From assembly GCA_002726235.1 (NCBI GenBank), contig PBSN01000008.1, positions 282,749-346,748 on the forward strand: a stretch of 64,000 bases of DNA, given 5' to 3'. Made by a program: the position numbers and the translations under genes. Positions within the stretch are counted from its first letter, which is position 1. Each line of letters starts with the position of its first letter. Positions 51,057 to 60,846 of this stretch are shown one piece after another. Source of the DNA: Nitrospiraceae bacterium (GTDB taxonomy: Bacteria; Nitrospirota; Nitrospiria; Nitrospirales; UBA2166). The notes under the pieces are model-generated. The model worked only from the letters and a program-made list of their open reading frames with translations, made no database searches and had not been told where the DNA came from.

Positions 51057-51473
51057 CCCAATGCGGCATTATATCGTGCATTTGCCGTTTTGGTGTGGGC
51101 AACGTTTGATTCATTCCGCAGAATAGAGGTCAACATCAACTAAATTTCTTCTTGCGTTTCCGAGTTATCAGGCTTCTTTGCCTTAACTTCATGGGGCAAT
51201 AACTTTCAAACAGAGTGCGAGTATTACAGTGAGAGGTGCAAGTAGAATCGAAACGAGACATGGGAGTGCTTGCATTTTCAACCATGGCGCGGAATCCAAT
51301 ATGATGCAGGTCAATCCACTTAGATGGGTACTGGTGCATTTGTGTACCGCTATTTTTGTTTGCAAATATTAACGACAGCGTGGTCCGACATGTGCTGTAT
51401 GCAGTTGGGAAATACAGTACGAGTGTATTTGCAGAAAGAAGACATGCCAATCTAAGGCGACGGAAATATTGAA

Positions 51474-52553
51474 ATGCCAGGACATGTGGAATCTTCGCAT
51501 AGCCCCTTTATCAGCTCCAGAAAATGTTCTGGGTGGTGGATATATTTTGGGACAGTGGCCATTCTCTTTCTCCTGATGCTTGGGAGTTGCATCCCTGGGG
51601 GAGAAACTATTGTTGTGATTGCGACGCATCCAAAGAATCCCAAGATTCTTTATGTCGCATCTAATGATACGTTGTATAAGACTCGTGATGGTGGAGATAC
51701 GTGGGAAACGACATCCCAATCATTTGCGAGTGATCGCATAACAGCTCTTGCAGTTGATCCACTCATGACTTCGGCCATCTATGCAGGAACCAACGGTGAT
51801 GGAGTCTACAAGAGCGGAGATGCAGGTCGAACATGGCACCCATTCAATTCTGGACTGAGAGAGCACGTCATGATTGTGGGTCAATTTGCCTTCGACCCTA
51901 TTGACCAAGGGATTGCGTATCTTGCGTCCACAGTTGGGGTCTATCGGAGTGCAAACCGTGGTCGCGACTGGAATGAGTGGATGGAAGGAATGAAAGAGGT
52001 ACATTTCGTGGTCAGTATTGTGTCCCACCCAACGAATCGAAACATTCTGTACGCGGGAACGAGCGGTGGAGTCTACAAAACAACGAGAAGTGGCAAACCG
52101 TGGAAACGAGCCATTGTCGGGATGCTTCCCGAGAATGATCCAACTACCGCTATGGCCTTAGGAGTCAATGCGTTGGCCATTGATCCTACAACTCCATCGA
52201 CTGTGTACGCAGGGACAACTCAGGGGCTGTTCAAAACTATCAATTCAGCAGAGTCATGGACACGTATCAAAGAAGGCCAATTAGCGGATGAGTTCATTAT
52301 GGGGGTCAATATCGACCCAACTACTCCGAATGTGATTTACGTAGGGCATCGTGCGGGCATTGATAAGAGTACAGACTACGGTCAAACATGGACCACAATG
52401 AACCGCGGGCTTACGAATTTGAATGTCAGGACACTTGTGATGAGTTCTCAAAATTCAATGTTGCTGTATGCGGGGATGAACCGTGGAGGTCTATTTCGTT
52501 CAACTGATGGAGCAGAAACCTGGGTGCCGGTTTTAGGTAATGCAGAGTCGTGA
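51474..52553 (+). CDS. BNR/Asp-box beta-propeller protein (YCF48/VPS10-like), probable lipoprotein
   Basis: LLMLGSC; repeated Asp-boxes TRDGGDTW, SGDAGRTW, STDYGQTW, STDGAETW. Confidence 0.85.
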   Translation: MPGHVESSHSPFISSRKCSGWWIYFGTVAILFLLMLGSCIPGGETIVVIATHPKNPKILYVASNDTLYKTRDGGDTWETTSQSFASDRITALAVDPLMTSAIYAGTNGDGVYKSGDAGRTWHPFNSGLREHVMIVGQFAFDPIDQGIAYLASTVGVYRSANRGRDWNEWMEGMKEVHFVVSIVSHPTNRNILYAGTSGGVYKTTRSGKPWKRAIVGMLPENDPTTAMALGVNALAIDPTTPSTVYAGTTQGLFKTINSAESWTRIKEGQLADEFIMGVNIDPTTPNVIYVGHRAGIDKSTDYGQTWTTMNRGLTNLNVRTLVMSSQNSMLLYAGMNRGGLFRSTDGAETWVPVLGNAES

Positions 52554-52557
52554 CAGG

Positions 52558-53346
52558 TCACCAAAACAGATACAGTACAGCAGTTCCAAAGGCAATGCGG
52601 TAGTACGCAAACGGAACAAACGTTTTTGTGGTGATGTATTTGAGAAATGCGTCAATCACTGCGAGTGCGGTGAAGAAGGCTACGACCATGCCGATTCCGA
52701 GAGAAACTATGTTTTCTGCAAACAAGAGTTCTTGGCTTTTGACCATTTGATACCCGGTAGCAGCAAGCATCGTTGGTAATGCGAGAAGGAAGGAAAACTC
52801 GGTCGCCGTTTTTCGATCCAACCCAATCATCAAGCCTCCCATAATGGTGGCACCCGAGCGAGAAACTCCGGGGAAGAGAGCAAGGCATTGCGCGAACCCA
52901 ATTAATATGGCATCTCGAATGCGCAACTCGCTGATGTCGTGGATGCGAAATTGCGGTCGAGTGCGCTCGATAACGAGGATAGTGATGCCACCAATGATCA
53001 ATGCTCCTGCCACTGTTTTAGGGTTAAAAAGGTATTCCGTAATGTAGGAATGTGTGGCCAATCCTATAATTGCTGCTGGGAGGAATGCACACCCCAGGGC
53101 AATGATGAGCATGTGACTCTTTTCATCTTTTGGGAAGGTGGTGATGACGGCAAGAAGTCGCTTGCGGTAGTAGAACATCACGGCAAGAATTGCACCGAGT
53201 TGTATAGCAATTTCAAAACTCGCGGCCATCTCACCCGTAAATCCGAGAAGATGCCCAGTGACAATAAGGTGTCCGGTAGATGAAACGGGAAGAAATTCTG
53301 TTAGCCCCTCAACGATCCCTAAAATAACTGCCGTCCACCATTCCAT
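52558..53346 (-). CDS. uppP: Undecaprenyl-diphosphatase
   Basis: GIVEGLTEFLPVSSTGH, PGVSRSGATI. Confidence 0.97.
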   Translation of the reverse strand: MEWWTAVILGIVEGLTEFLPVSSTGHLIVTGHLLGFTGEMAASFEIAIQLGAILAVMFYYRKRLLAVITTFPKDEKSHMLIIALGCAFLPAAIIGLATHSYITEYLFNPKTVAGALIIGGITILVIERTRPQFRIHDISELRIRDAILIGFAQCLALFPGVSRSGATIMGGLMIGLDRKTATEFSFLLALPTMLAATGYQMVKSQELLFAENIVSLGIGMVVAFFTALAVIDAFLKYITTKTFVPFAYYRIAFGTAVLYLFW

Positions 53347-53447
53347 AAGCTATGCCTTTCGTACAGACGCGGCGATGATCGCAATCTCATGGGTGAAAGT
53401 CAATCAAGTGTCTATACTCTGCAATTCGTGATGAGGACTGCGTTTAG

Positions 53448-53477
53448 TTGACAGCCAGAAAGATGCTGCGATACGAT
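53448..53477 (+). promoter_or_regulatory. Candidate sigma70 promoter for trxA
   Basis: TTGACA-N18-TACGAT. Confidence 0.5.
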
Positions 53478-53539
53478 CTCGCCGATATGGTTGCACTTGA
53501 ACATGAACAGAGAGTTTCGAATAAGGAGTGACGTAAGTT

Positions 53540-53866
53540 ATGGGAAATGCTGCAACAGTGGAAACAGCGTCATGGGAAGATGAAGTTTCCAAAGCCGAAG
53601 GGCTGGTCATGGTCGACTTCTGGGCGGTGTGGTGCGGTCCATGTCAAGTGGTCGCGCCTATTGTAGAGGAATTGGCGACAGAGTATGACGGACGAGTAAA
53701 GGTGTTAAAATTGAACACTGACGAGAATCCTGAAATCGCGACGCAATTTCACGTCATGAGCATTCCGAGCTTGATCTTTTTCAAGGATGGCCAACAGATC
53801 GACAAACTTGTCGGTGCGCAATCTAAACAGAAATTCAAGGAAACCATCGATCGGCTCTTAGCCTAA
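53540..53866 (+). CDS. trxA: Thioredoxin
   Basis: DFWAVWCGPC, SIP; AAGGAG SD. Confidence 0.97.
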   Translation: MGNAATVETASWEDEVSKAEGLVMVDFWAVWCGPCQVVAPIVEELATEYDGRVKVLKLNTDENPEIATQFHVMSIPSLIFFKDGQQIDKLVGAQSKQKFKETIDRLLA

Positions 53867-54018
53867 GGTTCTAAGAGGTATTCGCGTTACTCGAGTCCAC
53901 GATTTCATCTTCTGTATCGTAAAACTAAAACCTAGGCCTCTTTTTCGAAATCACTAGAAGAGAGGCATTGTCGTGTCTGACTCCTTCCGGCCTATCCATC
54001 TCAACGGGTACTCCTAGG

Positions 54019-55689
54019 ATGCTCCTTGAACTGCGTATTCAAAACATCGCAATTATCGATGATCTACATCTTCGCTTTCCAACAGGCTTCATAGTTCTCA
54101 CAGGCGAAACCGGCGCTGGAAAATCGATCCTCGTAGATGCCGTAGGCTTGCTCATTGGTGAACGAGCCTCCGTAGAGCAAATCAGGACGGGTGCAACCGA
54201 AGGTGTCATCGAGGGTATTTTTGCGACTACGAACAACGATGCACTCCACGCTATTCTTACAAGGTTAGATCTGCTTGGCGATGATTCTGGAGAACTTGTG
54301 ATTCGACGAACCCTGCCATCCTCCGGACGTCATCGTGTCCGAATCAACGGAAATGCAGTACCATTATCGACACTCCAGGACATTGGCAAGTTCCTCGTTG
54401 ATATTCACGGACAGCACGAGACACAGTCGCTCTTTCGTTCGATCACTCAACTTGATCTGCTCGATTCGTTTGGCGGCCTTCTTGATGATCGTGCGGCCTT
54501 TTATGAGATCTATTATGCTGTAAAAAGGCTACAGCGGGATCTTTCGATATTTGAGGAACAAACTACGGAGTCAAGAAAAGAAGCCGACCGTCTGCAGTAT
54601 GAGCGAGAGGAAATTGAATCAGCAGCCATTGAGCCGGATGAAGATATTGGCTTAGAACACGAACGGCAGGTAATTTCCCAAGTTCACACTCTTGCCGAAC
54701 TTTCCAATGAACTTTACTCTACGCTTTACGAGGATGATCGCTCAATCCTCTCGCGAGTTGGACACGCCGAATGGTTGCTTCAGCGACTATACAATGTCGA
54801 TTCCCGTCTTTCTGATACTGCGGAACTTCTAGCCGGAGCCACAGCACACTTAAAGGAACTGGTTGGACGTGTTCGGGACTATCAAACGCAACTCGATGCA
54901 AATCCGGACCGTCTTGAACATGTGGAGGCTAGGCTTGACTTTCTCAACCAGATCAAGAAACGGTATGGAGGATCAATCTCAAGTGTGATGCGCCATTTGG
55001 AGCAGATCACAAAGGAACTTGATGGGCTGACCGTCAGCGATGACAAAAAAGAAGAGCTTCAGAGCGCACTTGCGACCCTACGAATGCAGCAGGTCACACA
55101 GGGAAAACACTTGTCCAAGCAACGTAAGAAGGTTGCAGCTGATCTAGACCAGCGTGTCAATAAGGAGATGAGTGATCTGCACATGAAGCACGCTACATTC
55201 AATGCCGTTGTTGAACAAGAACGTAACGAAACTCTAAATGCAAACGGTCAAGACCGTGTCCAGTTTGTTTTTTCCGGATCCGTAGGTGAATCACCTCGCG
55301 CTCTGAGGGATGCCATCTCTGGCGGTGAACTCTCCCGAGTGACCTTGTGCATCAAGACCGTACTTGCGCGTGAAGATCGGATTCCCATTCTGATATTTGA
55401 CGAAATTGATGCTGGAATTGGTGGTGCGATAGCGGAACGAGTAGGGAAAAAGATGAAAACCCTAGGACAGCGGCATCAAGTGTTCTGCATCACACACCTT
55501 CCGCAAATCGCAGCCCTTGGCGATTCACATTTCTCGGTGAAAAAAGTTGTAAGACAGAAGCGTGCGATCACCCAAGTAGTACAACTCGCAAAACAAGAAC
55601 GCGTCAGTGAAATTGCACGCATGCTTGGAGGCACGAAGATCACGCAAACAGTAAAGCGAATTGCCAAAGAAATGCTTGAAATTGGATAA
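54019..55689 (+). CDS. recN: DNA repair protein RecN
   Basis: TGETGAGKS, DIHGQH, SGGELSR, FDEIDAGIGG, ITHLPQ. Confidence 0.97.
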   Translation: MLLELRIQNIAIIDDLHLRFPTGFIVLTGETGAGKSILVDAVGLLIGERASVEQIRTGATEGVIEGIFATTNNDALHAILTRLDLLGDDSGELVIRRTLPSSGRHRVRINGNAVPLSTLQDIGKFLVDIHGQHETQSLFRSITQLDLLDSFGGLLDDRAAFYEIYYAVKRLQRDLSIFEEQTTESRKEADRLQYEREEIESAAIEPDEDIGLEHERQVISQVHTLAELSNELYSTLYEDDRSILSRVGHAEWLLQRLYNVDSRLSDTAELLAGATAHLKELVGRVRDYQTQLDANPDRLEHVEARLDFLNQIKKRYGGSISSVMRHLEQITKELDGLTVSDDKKEELQSALATLRMQQVTQGKHLSKQRKKVAADLDQRVNKEMSDLHMKHATFNAVVEQERNETLNANGQDRVQFVFSGSVGESPRALRDAISGGELSRVTLCIKTVLAREDRIPILIFDEIDAGIGGAIAERVGKKMKTLGQRHQVFCITHLPQIAALGDSHFSVKKVVRQKRAITQVVQLAKQERVSEIARMLGGTKITQTVKRIAKEMLEIG

Positions 55690-56004
55690 TGGATGTACGG
55701 TTATCAATATACGAAGGCTACAAGAAATCGTGGTACCACCATGTGTGTAAAGCGAACTTCCTGCCGCCACTCTTGGATCAGTGCAAGTAGAGAGGGGAGT
55801 AAACTCTTGATGTGCTGTAGCTCGGGAACAAAAACCTTCCTCAGGAATGAACAAAAATGGGGTTGATTAAATTGAGACATCGCGGTCGTAATTTACACAG
55901 TGTCTCAAGTCTATCATTGGACAATGCAATGCAGACTGATGTGCACCACGAATTATTTTCGGTGAGTCACTCTGTATGAGAATAGATTTCTTGGAATACT
56001 CATT

Positions 56005-56607
56005 GTGATCAAGGTCGCTTTGACAGGTGGTATTGCCAGTGGGAAAAGTGTCGTGGCTCGTTTGATGGTTCGTTGCGGAGCCTATCTTATCGATGCAGAT
56101 ACTTTAGCCAAGGAAGCTGTTCGTCCTGATTCCGTGGTTTGGAGAAGAATAGTTCGAACCTTTGGACGAGACATCACTAACCGCAGACGTGAGATCGACC
56201 GGGAAAGGCTTGGGAAGCTTATTTTCAGCAACTCACAGAAACGTCAGCAGCTCAATGCCATTATCCATCCATGGGTTTATGCTGAATATCAACGCCGTGC
56301 ACGGATTTTAGCGAAAGATCACCCTGATGGAGTTCTCCTGTTCGATGTTCCACTCTTGTTCGAGACCAATGTACAGCAACGTTTTGATCATATCATTGTT
56401 GCCTATGTCGACAAGCAGACACAGATACGACGGATTATGACACGGGACAATTTACGACGATCTGAGGCATTGGAGCGTATCAATGCACAACTGCCTCTTT
56501 CACAAAAACGTCGCGATGCGGAATATGTTATTGACACACGAATGCCAATTGCAGATCTGCGAAGGGAGGTTCGTGCGGCATACAATGCACTTCAATTGAT
56601 ACATTAA
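56005..56607 (+). CDS. coaE: Dephospho-CoA kinase
   Basis: LTGGIASGKS, IDAD, IIHP, DVPLLFE. Confidence 0.96.
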   Translation: MIKVALTGGIASGKSVVARLMVRCGAYLIDADTLAKEAVRPDSVVWRRIVRTFGRDITNRRREIDRERLGKLIFSNSQKRQQLNAIIHPWVYAEYQRRARILAKDHPDGVLLFDVPLLFETNVQQRFDHIIVAYVDKQTQIRRIMTRDNLRRSEALERINAQLPLSQKRRDAEYVIDTRMPIADLRREVRAAYNALQLIH

Positions 56608-56653
56608 CTTAAAGGATTTTTCTTCTTGTTACTATTAACTTTGGAGAAATAAT

Positions 56654-57573
56654 ATGCATAAGGTTGTCATTATTGGATCCGGTCCTGCAGGCCTTACTGC
56701 CGCACTCTACTGTGCTCGAGCAAACCTTTCACCACTGCTGGTTGAGGGCCTTCAAGTAGGAGGTCAACTCACCCTCACCACGGATGTCGAAAACTATCCA
56801 GGATTTCCGCAGGGCATTCTTGGGCCACAGCTCATGCAGGACATGCGTGAGCAGGCTGAACGCTTCGGTACTAATTTCCTGACTGGAGATGTCACGGCGG
56901 TCGAGCTAAACACACGCCCGTTTAAGATCACCCTCGCCGAAAACGATCAAATCTCAACTCAGGCCCTGATCGTTTCGACTGGGGCTACCGCGCAAATGCT
57001 CAATATCAAGTCTGAACAGAAATATCTCGGACAAGGTGTTTCCACCTGTGCGACATGCGACGGTGCGTTTTTTAGAGAAAAAGAACTGATCGTTGTTGGC
57101 GGAGGAGATTCAGCAATAGAAGAAGGAATGTTCTTAACGAAGTTTGCCTCGACTGTGACGATCGTTCACCGGCGAGACTCATTGCGTGCATCAAAAATTA
57201 TGCAGGAGCGTGCATTTCAAATGAAAAGATGAAATTCATCTGGGATTCCATTGTGGAGGAAGTATATGGGGATAGTGTCGTTCAGGGAGTGAAGTTGCGC
57301 AACCTCAAAACCAATACACTGACGGACATACCATGTTCCGGTGTATTTATCGCAATTGGACATACGCCAAACACAAGACTTTTTGTCAACCAGCTTGATA
57401 TGGATGAGCAAGGATATTTGCTGACGCATGATGGTACTAAGACGAATGTTCCCGGAGTGTTTGCCGCTGGTGATGTCCAAGACCATGTCTACCGTCAGGC
57501 GGTGACAGCTGCAGGTTCCGGTTGTATGGCGGCGATTGATGTTGAACGTTTTTTGGAGCAAGAGGCACTCTGA
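56654..57573 (+). pseudogene. trxB: Thioredoxin reductase split by a one-base frameshift near 57220 (or a sequencing error)
   Basis: ORF1: GSGPAG, CATCDG, GGGDSA, HRRD; ORF2: FIAIGHTPN, FAAGDV, YRQAVTAAGSGC. Confidence 0.9.
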
Positions 57574-57579
57574 CATCGA

Positions 57580-58764
57580 ATGTGGTGTGTTATTGCCCAC
57601 TACCATGAACTGGCTTTAAAGGGGCGCAATCGATCGTTTCTTGTCCGTAAACTGATCAATAACCTCAAGCTGGCTACCAGTGATCTTGACATCATAGGGA
57701 TAGATTCTCTTCCAGGGAGAATCCGCCTTCGATTTACGGACGAGACCTCCGTTGAACCGTTATGGCAACGTCTGCAGCGACGACTGTCTGGGGTCTTTGG
57801 AGTTGCCAATTTTTCTCTGGCATTTTCATCTCCAATAAGTCCGAAGGGAGATCTTAGCCAACTCAAAGAGGCTCTGGGATATGCAATTCGCTCGCAACAA
57901 TTCCATTCATTTCGCGTCACCACTAAACGAGGAGATAAACGGTACCCAAAAACATCAATGGATGTTAGCCGAGAGATTGGGGGGCACATCAAAGAACTTA
58001 CTGGATGCCAAGTCGATCTCACCAACCCTGATCTCACGATCTATCTTGAGTTGTTGTTTGAATCAGCCTATGTGTCGTTTGCAAAAATGGCAGGGGCTGG
58101 TGGGCTGCCTCTGGGCATGAGCGGGAAAACCGTATGTCTTCTTTCTGGTGGCATTGACTCCCCTGTGGCAGCCTATCGCATGATGAAGCGTGGCTGCCGT
58201 CAGATTTTTGTACACTTCCACAGCCATCCGTTTGTCAGTCGTGCGTCTCAAGAAAAAGCTGAGGAACTTGCCATGCTTCTCACTCAATATCAATGGCGGT
58301 CCGTGCTCTACTGCGTTCCATTTGGAGAGATTCAGCGTCAGATCGTACTGTGTGTTCCGCCTCCCTTTCGTATCATTCTCTATCGGAGGTTTATGATTCG
58401 GATTGCGGAGCAGATTGCGCGGCGATATCGTGCTTGGGCCTTAGTGACAGGAGATAGCCTTGGACAGGTCGCGTCACAGGTCCCTGACAACCTCACAGTT
58501 ATTGAGGACGCGGCGCACCTGCCTCTCCTACGTCCACTCATCGCCATGGACAAAATCGAAATTACCGCTCAAGCCCAATCCATTGGGACCTATGAGACCT
58601 CGATTATCCCAGACCAGGATTGTTGTACACTGTTTATGCCGGCACATCCGGCTATCCGACCTAAGATTCAGACAATCCGAAAACTAGAAGAAAAATTAGA
58701 TGCAGATATACTTGTGAGGCAAGGGTTGGGAGGCGTCTACAAACAAGAATTTCGGTTTCCTTGA
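57580..58764 (+). CDS. thiI: tRNA 4-thiouridine synthase (no rhodanese domain)
   Basis: ELALKGRNR, THUMP domain, SGGIDS PP-loop, GQVASQ, DCC. Confidence 0.94.
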   Translation: MWCVIAHYHELALKGRNRSFLVRKLINNLKLATSDLDIIGIDSLPGRIRLRFTDETSVEPLWQRLQRRLSGVFGVANFSLAFSSPISPKGDLSQLKEALGYAIRSQQFHSFRVTTKRGDKRYPKTSMDVSREIGGHIKELTGCQVDLTNPDLTIYLELLFESAYVSFAKMAGAGGLPLGMSGKTVCLLSGGIDSPVAAYRMMKRGCRQIFVHFHSHPFVSRASQEKAEELAMLLTQYQWRSVLYCVPFGEIQRQIVLCVPPPFRIILYRRFMIRIAEQIARRYRAWALVTGDSLGQVASQVPDNLTVIEDAAHLPLLRPLIAMDKIEITAQAQSIGTYETSIIPDQDCCTLFMPAHPAIRPKIQTIRKLEEKLDADILVRQGLGGVYKQEFRFP

Positions 58765-59041
58765 TCTGACAATTTCGATGGATGCTTTGACGATCAACGG
58801 TTGCGTGAGGCAGAAGAAGATTGCTGGGAATTCTATTGCATGCCGGATAAAGTTGTGCATGAAAAAGCGTACTGATAGGTGAAAGCAACCTCAGTGAAAA
58901 ACTGTGTCGCGTTGAACAGTTGATTGCTAGTCTCACAATTGAAGGAGCCTTCTGCTTGCCGCAAGTGCGCTTGAACGTATCCGATAGTGATTGATCTATT
59001 TTTTGAGCAATTGTATGAACTTCTACATTCTATCCGGATAG

Positions 59042-60001
59042 ATGGTGCCAGACGTGAACCATGACCTTAGCACTCGTATTAAAGACAAAGCGTATGAACT
59101 TGGATTTAATCAAGTTGGGATTAGTCGAGCCGATGCCGACGGCCGAGCGGAAGACAAGTTGAGTGTGTGGCTGAGCCGTGGGTTTCACGGTGAAATGACT
59201 TGGATGGAGAGGACAGCCGACAAGCGAAGAAATATCAAGAATGTGTTTCCTGATATTCGGTCTGTTGTATCAGTGGCGGTGAACTATTACACGGATCACG
59301 CTCCACAAGAAACTGGCGGGAAAGGACGGATCTCTCGTTACGCATGGGGAGATGATTACCATTACATCATCACTGACTGGGTGCGCCAGCTCGCGACTTG
59401 GATCGATGCTGAAGCAGAAAAAGAGGGGATACCGTGTGAATCTCGAACTTACGTTGACACTGGCCCGATTCTTGAAAAGGCATGGGCGCAACGTGCTGGA
59501 ATTGGATGGGTCGGAAAACATTCGAATTTAGTTTCAGCAGAGTACGGGTCTTGGCTTCTACTGGGAGAAGTTCTGCTTACTGTTGACTTGGAACCAGATA
59601 TGCCTGCGCCTGACCAATGTGGAGCATGTCGATTATGCATTGAGATTTGTCCGACCGATGCCATTCCAGAACCCTACGTGCTTGATGCAACAAAATGCAT
59701 TGCATATTTAACCATTGAGCACCGCGGTCCCATCCCAGCTCCCTATCATTTCGACATGGGAAACCGCATTTTTGGTTGTGACGATTGTCTTGACATTTGT
59801 CCATACAATGAGCACGCAGTGCCAACATTTGAACGTGCATTTGAGCCACGCACCTATGCCCTCAGCCCAGACCTCAAAGAATTAGCCGAACAAACGCCGG
59901 CAGAATTTCAGATAACATTTAAAAAGAGCCCACTGAAACGAGCGAAATACGAAGGCCTTCAGCGCAATGTAGCGATTGCACGAAAAAATGATTCGCAATA
60001 G
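59042..60001 (+). CDS. queG: Epoxyqueuosine reductase
   Basis: ISRYAWGDDYH, DTGP, CGACRLCIEICPT, CIAYLTIE, GCDDCLDICP. Confidence 0.95.
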   Translation: MVPDVNHDLSTRIKDKAYELGFNQVGISRADADGRAEDKLSVWLSRGFHGEMTWMERTADKRRNIKNVFPDIRSVVSVAVNYYTDHAPQETGGKGRISRYAWGDDYHYIITDWVRQLATWIDAEAEKEGIPCESRTYVDTGPILEKAWAQRAGIGWVGKHSNLVSAEYGSWLLLGEVLLTVDLEPDMPAPDQCGACRLCIEICPTDAIPEPYVLDATKCIAYLTIEHRGPIPAPYHFDMGNRIFGCDDCLDICPYNEHAVPTFERAFEPRTYALSPDLKELAEQTPAEFQITFKKSPLKRAKYEGLQRNVAIARKNDSQ

Positions 60002-60157
60002 TGTCCTGCCGCTAACGGTTCTTTCAGCACCGGCACGATTTCCTGAAGGATGTTTAAACTTGCTCTTTAGAAAGGGCACAACAACCGTGGAGAGAATCGT
60101 ACTTCGGGACGCTGAACCTTGGCACGAAGCGAGATAATGCTGATGGACGGTTTCACG

Positions 60158-60796
60158 ATGCTGAAAGTCACAGAGATTTATCATAGCATTCAGGGAGAGT
60201 CGACATATGTTGGCCTTCCCTGTGTTTTTGTTCGTCTCACGGGCTGTTCACTCCGATGCTCTTGGTGCGATACCACATATGCTTTTCACGGCGGTACCTA
60301 TATGACCATTGATCGCATTTGTGAACGAGTCCACAGCTACGAGACTGCATTGGTTGAAATTACCGGGGGCGAGCCTCTCGACAAGCCAGAGGTTCTTCCA
60401 CTTGTTGAGCGTTTGTGCAACGATGGGTATGAGGTACTTATTGAAACCAGCGGGGCGATTGATATTACTCCGATCGACGATCGGGCTCATGTCATTATGG
60501 ATATGAAATGTCCTAAAAGCAGCATGACGAAATACATGTATTGGGAAAACATTAACGCGCTAAAAGCAAAGGATGAAGTGAAGTTTGTTATCGCAGATCG
60601 GGAGGACTATGATTGGGCTGTTTCGGTCATTGAGAAACATCGGCTTAGTGGCCGTTGTCCTATCCTATTCTCGCCCGTCTTCGGAATTTTGGAGCCTTCT
60701 ATTTTGAGCGATTGGGTTCTTCAATCCACATTGAAAGTGCGCATCCAACTGCAACTTCACAAATATATTTGGGATCCTCGAGCAGAAGGAGTGTAG
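60158..60796 (+). CDS. queE: 7-carboxy-7-deazaguanine synthase (radical SAM)
   Basis: EIYHSIQGE, CSLRCSWCDT, TGGEP, QLHKYIW. Confidence 0.94.
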   Translation: MLKVTEIYHSIQGESTYVGLPCVFVRLTGCSLRCSWCDTTYAFHGGTYMTIDRICERVHSYETALVEITGGEPLDKPEVLPLVERLCNDGYEVLIETSGAIDITPIDDRAHVIMDMKCPKSSMTKYMYWENINALKAKDEVKFVIADREDYDWAVSVIEKHRLSGRCPILFSPVFGILEPSILSDWVLQSTLKVRIQLQLHKYIWDPRAEGV

Positions 60797-60846
60797 GAAG
60801 CAACGGGTTTATAGTCAGCAAAACAAAATTCAAGGAGGAGAACTCA

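Noticed and set aside
55720..55745. T-box-like TGGTACC upstream of coaE
   Set aside because: Incomplete consensus, no terminator/antiterminator, and the downstream gene is not amino-acid related
59042..60796. queG/queE as part of a 7-deazaguanine DNA modification (dpd) system, or a preQ1 riboswitch between them
   Set aside because: No dpdA/tgt-like or other dpd genes nearby and no preQ1 consensus; consistent with normal tRNA queuosine synthesis
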